A stretch of DNA of 64,000 bases, from contig MU058584.1 in the NCBI GenBank assembly GCA_013265495.1, forward strand, positions 3,538,508 to 3,602,507. Reading direction: 5' to 3'. This document shows, piece after piece, positions 54,956-64,000 of this stretch; the stretch's first letter is position 1, and every line of letters begins with the position of its first letter. The position numbers and the translations under genes are program-made. This stretch comes from Vicugna vicugna (Eukaryota). The notes beneath the pieces were generated by a model, which ran no database searches, was not told the origin of the DNA, and saw only the letters and a list, made by a program, of their open reading frames with translations.

Positions 54956-55679
54956 TTATCCTCGCTGGCCATTCCTGAAATGGGCTTACAAGACTCTGCC
55001 CTCCTTCATGACTAAGCAGGTTCTCCTGTCTATTGTGTGCATCCATAGATGTTTGGAAGCCCAAGGATCATTTTCAGTCTCAAACAGTCACCATCTGTTT
55101 CAGCCCAGGCAGGTGGTTCTTCTGACAGTGCAACTCTTTCAAAAACTTGGCTTCCTACCTGTTCAGTTCCCGCCAGCTCCAACTATCAATAGCCATGACC
55201 ATAGCTTTCTCTATGTAAACTTTCTCTATTTGCTGTATGTCTCTGCCTTTGCCCAGCTGTGCTTCTCCCTGTGCCCCCATCCACACCCACACATGCTCCC
55301 ACCTCCCCTGCTTCTCTCCTTCTCTCTGTTCCCCACCCCTGTCTTGAGTGAATGGCAAGTTCTCTGGCAGGGATCAATGGGAGACCAACACCTTGAGCTC
55401 TGCTCAACTGAATAGATTTACTGGGCATCAGTGCCCTGACTGGACCTTGAGAACTTAATGCTCTCAGAGACTCTAACAAAGGGTGGGATGGTTGCACCTT
55501 TAATTTGATGCTGATTCCAAAGCTGAGTTTTAATCAAACTTTGTCACTCAAAGGTCTTCCCAGTTTTATGTTTTATTTATTGGGTTAAGAATCAGTTGCC
55601 TCTTCCAATCCTGAAAGCCCCCACATTTTTTATTCTCTTCATGCCTTTTTCTAGATTCTTGGCAGCATCCCACTTCAAT

Positions 55680-56020
55680 GTATCAGTTTCTCTGTCACTC
55701 AGGATATGGTAGATTTTGCTGTGGTTCAAACAGCCCCCAAGCCTCATGGCTCAGAATCACAAATGTTTATTCCGCCTGCGGCAGGTCAGCAGGAGGGCTC
55801 CACACATCACAGTCAATCAGCGCACCAGGCAGGTGGAAGCTGCATCTCTAACCACGCCCCTAAAATCGCTGAGACATGAAAACGTGAACACGGTAAATTG
55901 TGCACTCACTCTTCACTCACCTCCTGAGAGTGGCACAAGTCACCACCATATTATTGGCCAAAGCAAGTCATGGGGCCACACCTAACTTCAAAGAAGAAGG
56001 AAAGTACCATCCTACCACCA
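55680..56020 (-). mobile_element. Old MLT1 LTR
   Basis: attggccaaagcaagtcatggggccacacctaacttcaaag. Confidence 0.65.
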
Positions 56021-56384
56021 TTAGATAAACTGTTTTCCCAGGAAGGCCAAGAACTGGAACACTTCAGAACAGCCCTGATGACTGGGATACAGGGAGAGGT
56101 TAGAGAATACATCTGAAAACTTAAACCAATAAAATTTAAAAAACAGTATATACAACTTTCCTAATGTCAGAGAAGAGACAAGCAAAGAAAGCATTGTCCG
56201 CATAGCTAAGGAAAATATATGGATACCTTACAACATGGAAACCATAAAGCATGATAGAAATAAAGTCCAGACATATCACTTTTGAAAACAGGTAAATGTA
56301 AATGGGGTTAAATTCCCAAATTGGTTGAATAAGACAAAGTCTAACTACAGAAGGCACAACAAAGTCACATCAAAGGTTAGACCA

Positions 56385-56550
56385 AGGGACAGAAAACTAT
56401 GACCCTCAGGACAAATCCAGCCCAGTCCACTGCCTATTTTTGTAAATAAAGTTTTATTGGAACACAGCATGCCCATCTGTTTATGTATTATCTGTGGCTG
56501 TTCTCTGTTGAATAGTTGCTGCAGAGACCATATGGCCCACAAAACCTAAA
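56385..56550 (+). mobile_element. MER58A-like MITE
   Basis: ctgcctatttttgtaaataaagttttattggaacacagc...cagagaccatatggcccacaaaacctaaa. Confidence 0.8.
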
Positions 56551-58039
56551 CTTTTTTTTTTTTTGGTTGAACATAATGTCTAGTAACTTTCTGAGGCCGA
56601 ATTCATTGATGGTAAGTTTTATCAGACCATGCAGGTCTTAAAAGGTTTTAATTTTACCTCCATATTTAACTGATAATGTAGCTGGATACAGAATTTTAGA
56701 TTTTAAATTATTTTCTATTTGAATTTTTAAGGAATTTATGCATCATCTTCTTAGCCTTGTGCAGTTTGTTTTTCTCCTTGGGGTGTTTAAAGACAGTCTC
56801 TTTATTCCCAACGGTCTGAAATTTCATGATAATGTATCTTGGAGATCTTTTCTCATTCTTTGTGTTGGGCATGCAGAGAACTTTTAATTTAGAAATTTGG
56901 ATTTTTTTGTTTTAGGAAAGATAGCAAAATTTTTAAGTATTTATTTTATTCTATTTCCTCTTTCCTTTTTGTAGAGGTCCTATGTTTTGTGTGTTGAATC
57001 CCTTTTCCTGATAACCTACTTTTTTCATCTTTTCTCTTCAATTTTCCATCTCTGTCTATTTATTCCACCTTCTGGAAGATTTTTTTCCTCAGTCTTCTCT
57101 TCCGATATCCTGACGAAATATTACGTCTTTGCTACTGTATTTTTAAATTCCAAAAGTTCTACTTCTTTTATGTTCTTTCCTTAAAGCCGTCCAGATTTGT
57201 TTCGTGCATACATATCTTCTTTTATCCATAAAGATATGAATTATGTCTTTTGTTTTAATTTTCGTTTCCCTTCACTGTCCACTTTCTGTGAGTTTATCTT
57301 TTCCCACTTTGTTTATTTTGGTTTCTGTTTTTAATGATATAGTCTTTCCTCAGCTATCTTTGGTTGTCCGTTTTAAGAGTGAGGAGAGGGATTTATCGGA
57401 TGCTCTGTATGCATAGGTAGAGCTCATCTAATGGTGAGTTTCACTGTATGGTCATCAGCCAGGGAAAGGGATTTCTCAGTGGGAGACTCCCAAATGTCAC
57501 TGTCTGTAGATGTTACTTTCCTCTTGGATCAGTCTGTTTTCCTAGAGAGGAGCTCTCCAGCCTCCTTTGTACTCTCAGCATTCGAGGAGTTGAGTTAGGG
57601 AAAGAAGTAAATGAAGGGTAAATAGACTCACTATCAGGATGTCAGCATCAATTTAATGTGTTATGAGTGTGACACTTTCCCTCTGACATCAGGTATACCT
57701 CAGTCCCTGAATCCAGTAGCTGCTTCCAATGCATGAATTCTCCAAGTCTTAGAGCCAAATAAATAAACAAGATAAATAGAACCAGAGTAACTGGGACACT
57801 TCTATACATTCCCATACCACCTCCAGACACCACCACCAGTATCCTGGAGGTAAAGAGTCAGATGAGGACTTGATAGTGATGTCAGTTGTTGAGACACTGC
57901 CAGAAAATAATAAACTCATTATATCTTGCATTGTCACTCTAACCTCCTTCCTCCCCTGCCCCTTCATCAGCCTCTCATTGATGTAAACAAGGTAAGTAAC
58001 TTACATTAGAACCAGGGAAGGAATGAGCACATTGTCTTT

Positions 58040-58179
58040 TGGGTTTTTTTTTGTTTTTTTTTTTACATTTTTTATTGATTCATAATCATTTTACAGTGTT
58101 GTGTCAAATTCCAGTGTTCAGCACAATTTTTCAGTCATTCATGGACATATACACACTCATTGTCACATTTTTTTCTCTG
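58040..58179 (-). mobile_element. Young, very short L1 3' end with a 15-bp TSD
   Basis: TSD gagcacattgtcttt at 58025-58039 and 58180-58194; poly(T); near-identical to the tail at 24168-24246. Confidence 0.92.
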
Positions 58180-58369
58180 GAGCACATTGTCTTTGAAGTC
58201 AAGTGCTCACAAGTTTGCCCAGTACATTTTAACTTTCCTAGTCCAGAGAATGGTAAGTAAGTTGACAAAAGTTCCAGTTACTAAGTTATATTGGTCGACT
58301 CGACAAATATTTATTTAGTACCCAGAAAAGGTACTGCGACTCACATTGTGTTGAGAGAACAGTTGGATG

Positions 58370-58680
58370 AGTTGTGCAGATTTTCTTAAAGGGAAATTTA
58401 GATAGGATGTGATAGCGGTCTCAAAGAGCCACCATAAAAAAAAAAGAGTGGAAGTCCTAAATGGGGACTACTATACATAAGTTAGAGAGGGAGATGTTAC
58501 CATAAAGTAAGAAAATTTTTCTAATGATTAAAAGTTTCTGGAAATAGAATATACCACTTGTGAAACATACATATAGTCAAGACCTGATAAACATATGGAA
58601 GCTTACTGCAAAGAAGAGAATTTCTACATTTGGACAAGATTAGACTAGGTGACCTCTGAGTTCCCTTCCAACCCAAAGAC
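58370..58680 (+). mobile_element. L3/CR1 LINE 3' end
   Basis: Ends ttagactaggtgacctctgagttcccttccaaccc, the CR1 3' terminus. Confidence 0.6.
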
Positions 58681-60164
58681 ATGTCTATAATTCTTCCTGG
58701 GTTATAACTGGGAGCCCAATGCCTAGGTGGTTGGTAGCAATCATTTTATGTTTTATGAATATACTTTTAACATTTTTATTTGTCTTATGTATAGAAAAGC
58801 TAAAAATATCATCACCCATAGTTCTGTAGCCCAAATACAATAGTTAATAATAATTTGATATATTTCTTTGTGTAATTTATAGCTTACTTTGTCTTCTTTT
58901 AAAAGTCATTTATAAGTATTAACTGAACATTATTTTCATTAAAAATTTTCTTAACATAAATACATTAACATTTTTAACATAAAATTATCTGAAGTGATAA
59001 AAGTGTTTCAACTTGTGATGAGATATTAACAACATTGCTATTTTCTAAAATATTTGTAATACTCTCCCCAGCCAATGCAAATGATTTAATTTGGATGGTC
59101 ATTACAATGTGCCGATTAGTATTAAAATGATTACAGTCCAAAATCAGGGAGTGAATTGTAAATACCTTCAAATTAGACATGGCCCCTTCCTTAAAAAGCT
59201 CATGGCAATTTTTTGAATTCAAATTGGAGGAGTCATGGGAAGGGATTACAAAGTACCTAATTCAATAAGCTATAAAAGTCTTTAAATTGCTGTGGAATGA
59301 CTGTTTTCAAGAAGGCAGAGGGAGCAAAAGATCTACTTGAGAAGCTGAAATTAAACTTGTTTTTTCTTCTTTCCAAAGGTTGGTCTCTTATCTTTGTTTT
59401 ATCATATATGTTGCTTTGTGGGGATAGTCATTAATATATTTTATCTGATTATAGTTGTATGGCATAGTATTCTTACTGTCCAACTATGTTAGCAAGTACA
59501 AAAAAGTAAGGAAGTTCAGAAATTAACTTGTTCACACGAATTTCATTCTAAGGCACTTATTAAAGGTATCAGCTGTCTCAAATTTTGCTAGGTGCTTATT
59601 ACTCAGTAAAATAAGCCAGACAGAAGAGTAAATGAAAGGATGTGCTAAATGCAATGATAGAGGTCTATGCAAGGCACTGTGTGGTCACCTTATTAGGATG
59701 GGCTTAACTACGCCAGAGAATTTCATGGAAGGTGTTACATAGGAGGTGACCAGTAGAAAAGGGAAGATATGTTCATAGTAGAAACAGTATCTTCAACAAA
59801 TGGCATTTTCAGCAAGAAAACACAGGGGTCTAATGAATCACTATGAGCGGTTCAGTAATGTTGAGGCACCATTTGCATGTGTCTTAATCTTAGTGGTTAC
59901 AATTCAGTGTCTTTAACTATCTTTGCACTGCACTTCTCTTTTAGATTGAAGCCTTGAGGTCAAGGACTATGTCACGTTCTTTGTGGCCTCAGCAAAGGCA
60001 CAGTACCTGGTCCATAGTTGGGGATCAATGTGTGTTGAACAAATAAGTAAGTGGGTAAACAAGCAAGTGAATAAGCAATCTAAGACTCAGAGATACTAAG
60101 TACTGACACTTTCATAATAACTCAATAGTTGTTTCAGTCTTACGCTATCTTTATTACATGTGTT

Positions 60165-60450
60165 TTTATTTTTTAAAAATTTTATTGCAATGTAAGAGGC
60201 ATATAACACTGTGTAAGTTTAAGGTGTACCACCTGTTGATTTGATATATTTATATATCACATATGATTATCCCTGTAGTTAGTAACACCTCTATCACATC
60301 ATATAATTATCATTCTTTTTTATGGTGAGAACATTTAAGAGCTAGTCTCTTAGGAACTTTACAGATTTGTATTAGAAGATGAGTAAGTTCTCGAGAACAT
60401 ACAGCATTGTGATCATAGTCAACAATACTGTATTACATACTTCAAAAATA
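60165..60450 (-). mobile_element. Old L1 3' end with inverted 5' segment
   Basis: The L1 3' UTR runs antisense to about 60360; the adjacent upstream L1 sequence (aagatgagtaagttct...atacttcaaa) then appears in sense orientation. Confidence 0.75.
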
Positions 60451-61247
60451 GTTTTTTTTTCAGTCCCCAAGTTATTTCAGTTAGCTTGTATTAGATCATT
60501 AAAAAAGAGGAAAATATCAATATGTTGGATTTATTTTGTTTGTATAGGCTTTTCTGGAGTGTAACTAACCATCACTTTGTCTACTTTCTCTGGTCTTGTT
60601 TCCTCCTCAAACTGTTGGAAGATGGCTTCTACCCCAATGCTCCACAGAAATTTCTCTGACAAAGATCCCCCATGACCGCTATCTTGACAAATCTAATGAA
60701 TCCATTTCAGTCCATATCTTACTGACTTCGGTTTTGCTAGGTTGCACGTAGTTCTCTGTATTTTCTCACTTCTGCCTTCACTCACGTTATCTGCCCTGTC
60801 TGGAATGTCATGTACACACATGCACGCACACCACCCTTCCTGGTCTTTTACCTAGTGAATTTCTGTTCATTCACTCTTAAGTTTTAGTATGTGTCATTTC
60901 CTCCAGCAGGTCAAGTATTCCCTCCCTGCACTGCCTGCCTATAGCACACACAGTATGACAGTATTATTTGCATTTATCACATAGTCTGGCAGTTACATGT
61001 TTGTGTTTCTGTCCTCACTATATGGAGAACTTTTTGACGGAATAAATTTATTTTTGTATATTTTTGTATCCCTTACACCTAACATCCTAGTGGATAATCA
61101 ACATATTGATGTTCTCATTGCTAATAAGAACAATCAAAATTTAGGACAGCAAATTGTAGGTCCTGTTACCTACAGTTTCTTTTAAATGGAATGAGTGGTA
61201 GTGACAGAGCTTTCCATTTCTACCACCCAGCGCAGTTTTGAGGCACC

Positions 61248-61382
61248 ACGGCCAAGAAGCAAATTGCTGTGATTGGAGCTGGAATTAGTGGACTGGGTGA
61301 CATTAAGTGCTGCTTGGATGAAGACTTGGAGCCCACCTGCTTTGAAAGAAATGATGATATTGGAGGTCTCTGGAAATTTCAA
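61248..61382 (+). CDS. FMO9: FMO9-like flavin-containing monooxygenase, first coding exon (exon 2); start codon reads ACG, so possibly a pseudogene
   Basis: Translates (T)[47 protein letters not shown]-binding GxGxxG motif plus the FMO 'FE...IGGLW' signature. 135 nt, phase-0 GTAAGT donor at 61383. Close to mouse Fmo9 N-terminus as I recall it. Missing from the ORF track because there is no ATG. Confidence 0.88.
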
Positions 61383-61739
61383 GTAAGTTTGGATTTGATT
61401 TGATTTTAAGCAAGTAGCTTTTTAAAATATCTGTAACAGTTTGGGTGATGATTTCCTCAAATGGAACATACACTACACCACATTTCCTACACATAACTTG
61501 ATGTCCTGAATCTTGCTTGCATGGCTCACTGACTGAAGAAATTTGTAAATATATGTCAGTCTCAGACTTAGGCATGAAATTTATGAGATTCTTTTCTTGG
61601 TAGTTGAGATTCCATATGACAATGAGATGGTAGTTGAGGATTCCTTCAGCAGATCAGGTGGTATTGTGTAAGGAAAAGGATGTCACAGATTTTTTTTTTC
61701 CTGACTTAGCATGGGTATAAGGTGGGTAGAATGAAGTTT

Positions 61740-62890
61740 TTCTTGTTGTAATTTTGCGTCATATATAAGCAATTTCATTTATCCCAACGTCTTGAGGATA
61801 TTCTTCTATATTTTCCCCCGGAACCTTTATTGATTTGCCTTTTCTGTTTAGGTTGATGGTCCATTTTGAATGTCTATTTCTCCTTTTAATTATGTTAATT
61901 TTTTACTTTATAAGTTTTGAAATTATGTTACTAGGTGAATTCATATTTAAGCTTTTATATTTTCTGTAGAATTGATGTTTATATCATTATAATCTCTCCT
62001 TCATCTCTAATCTTGACATAAAGTTAATTTGTCTGATAGTAATACGGCCACGCTGGTTGACTTTGGGTTAGTGTTTGAATGTTATACCAAGTCTTCCAGT
62101 CTACAATTGTCTCTTGTAAAAAAGATTTTTGTAATGTATTTTGGTTTTTGTTTTAGAGTGTTTACATGCAATGAAATGTGAATATAGCTGAGTTTTAGTT
62201 TATTATCTAGTGTGTTTTTATTTGTTTTATATCTTCATTGTTTCTTTATTCCTTATTTTCTTCTTCCTTTTGACATTACTCAAATATTTTTCCTATTTTT
62301 CTCACACATTAATTATTAGATATCCATTCTTGCATTATTATTAATGGCCACCCCAAAAATTTCAATATGCATCCTGACATTACTTTCTATCTTATGTTTT
62401 GTACTTTTATCACTTTCTAAATAAAGCAAACATTTTACAACAGCTTGAATCCATTTTCCCCTTCCCATTCTTTGTGTTATCATATATTTTACTTCTTGAA
62501 AGTGTTATAAACCCCACAAGACATTACTGCTACTGTAGTTGCTGTTTAGCAGTTAGCAGACTTTATGTTATCCTTGTATTTATTATTTCTAGTGTCTGCC
62601 ATGCCTTCACATGTTGGCACGCTCCCATCTTGGCTCATTCCCAGTCAGACTGAAGGGCTTTCTCATAGTTCTGGGGGTGCTGGGTTGCTGGCAAGAAATT
62701 CTCTCAGCTTTCGTTTGTCCAAATATGCATCTATTCCACTTTTATTTTCAAAGTATATTTTCACTGCCTTTAGAAGTCTAGGTAAACGGTTTTATTTCAC
62801 CATTATAAATATATTTTTCCATTGTTTTTGAATTCTGTATTTCTTTTGAGAAGTCAGTCATAAGCCTTCCTGTTCATTCACTGTAACTTT
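61740..62890 (-). mobile_element. Ancient L1 fragments in FMO9-like intron 2
   Basis: T-rich antisense L1-like sequence (tgctggcaagaaattctctcagctttcgtttgtc, ttgagaagtcagtc). Confidence 0.6.
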
Positions 62891-63051
62891 TTTCTCTAGC
62901 AGATATGGGAGTGAGGGAGAAAACATTAATTGAGAAAATAAAAGGCAAAGCACCGTTTTATTATATTTGAGGTTATTTTTCTTCTTTAAAATATTTTATC
63001 TTGATTTTCTTGTTATTGAGAAGTTTATTAAGAGAGGGTTACTTTTTGCAG

Positions 63052-63240
63052 AAAAGTACTTCCGAGAAAATGCCCAGTATCTACAAATCTGTGAGCATCA
63101 ACACTTCCAAAGAGATGATGTGCTTCAGTGACTTCCCCATACCTGATCATTTTCCTAACTACATGCACAACTCCAAACTCATGGACTACTTCAGGATGTA
63201 TGCCAGACGCTTTGGCCTCTTGAAATACATTCGTTTCAAG
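63052..63240 (+). CDS. FMO9: FMO9-like exon 3; gene continues beyond the window
   Basis: tttttgcAG acceptor at 63050-63051, GT donor at 63241. 189 nt (canonical FMO exon 3 length), open: [63 protein letters not shown]. In frame with exon 2. Confidence 0.93.
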
Positions 63241-63904
63241 GTACAATATAAATGAAATACCGCATTGTGGGGCGGGGGAGGTACAGACACACTTGTGCAC
63301 ACACAAGAGTTACCCTTGGCACCCTCTAGTATGATCAGACGAAAAGATCACTAGCGGGCTTCCACCCTGGAAAGCCATCACTTATAACAATGTAATGTTT
63401 TGAAGATTACGCTTAAATATGAGGTTGGAGAGTTTTGACCGTTCTGATCAAATACCTTGGTGTGGTGTGGTAAGGGTCCTCCCTCTTAGCCTTAAATTAA
63501 AAATATTTAAGGACTTACAATAATGGCAGCAGTAATTGAGCAAAATTATATAGAATCAGGGTCATGCAAATAACATAAAGAAGACTTTTTAAGATCCGTG
63601 GAGTTCCCATAATCTATCTACAACCACCACCCTCAACACACACACAAAAATCCATCCTACAGTCATAGTGGAGCATCAGCCCAACTCTGAAACTCGAAGT
63701 CAAGCCCAGGGAAACTGGGCAGGCCTGTGCTACAGCACGAAAACCACGAGGTATACTAGTTGCCCTCATTTGGAAATCTGCCTGGAAAAGGGACATTATT
63801 TCTGTGGCTTCAGTCACTTCCTTGTTTTTCCACAGTTAAATCTCAACCATTTCTATGGAAAATTAGGTTTTTGATGAAATACTCATATTATCTTGAAAAC
63901 ACAC

Positions 63905-64000
63905 TGTCTCAGTCTATTCAAGCTACTATAACAAAATACTACAGATGGAGTGGCTTATAAACAACAGAAATTTGTTTCTCACATTATTTCTGGAAGGTGG
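63905..64000 (-). mobile_element. MLT1A-type LTR, truncated by the window end
   Basis: gctactataacaaaatactacagatggagtggcttataaacaacagaaatttgtttctcaca. Confidence 0.75.

Noticed and set aside
54867..55260. Minus-strand coding-looking stretch with LLIVGAGG
   Set aside because: Stops flank the motif, and no protein family is recognisable.
58250..58258. ATG directly before a GTAAGT donor as a rescue start for FMO9-like
   Set aside because: Splicing to acceptors at 61231 or 61243 is out of frame; 61236 is in frame but meets TGA at 61239.

Overview
Mammalian, repeat-rich genomic DNA. A camelid (camel/alpaca-like) origin is inferred from the tRNA-derived SINE at ~27.9 kb and the young L1 3' ends. 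The only recognisable gene content is three same-strand (+) flavin-containing monooxygenase (FMO) modules. Module A is a decayed exon 8 + exon 9 pair at 33.8-35.2 kb. Module B is a second frameshifted exon 8 + exon 9 pair at 50.1-51.8 kb, with a recent 215-bp tandem duplication over the exon-8 donor. Module C is coding exons 2 and 3 of an FMO9-like gene at 61.2-63.2 kb; both are open and correctly flanked, but the start codon reads ACG. This arrangement fits the second mammalian FMO cluster (human FMO7P-FMO8P-FMO9P); orthology is inferred, not tested. The rest is L1, L2, L3/CR1, MIR, MaLR/ERVL LTRs and DNA transposons, several nested or with target-site duplications (TSDs). Notable non-coding signals are a tandem pair of REST/RE1 motifs at 18.66-18.70 kb and several co-oriented CTCF motifs. 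I see no support for a wholly new biological system. Repeat family names and boundaries are by eye and approximate, and almost all short ORFs in the track are noise.
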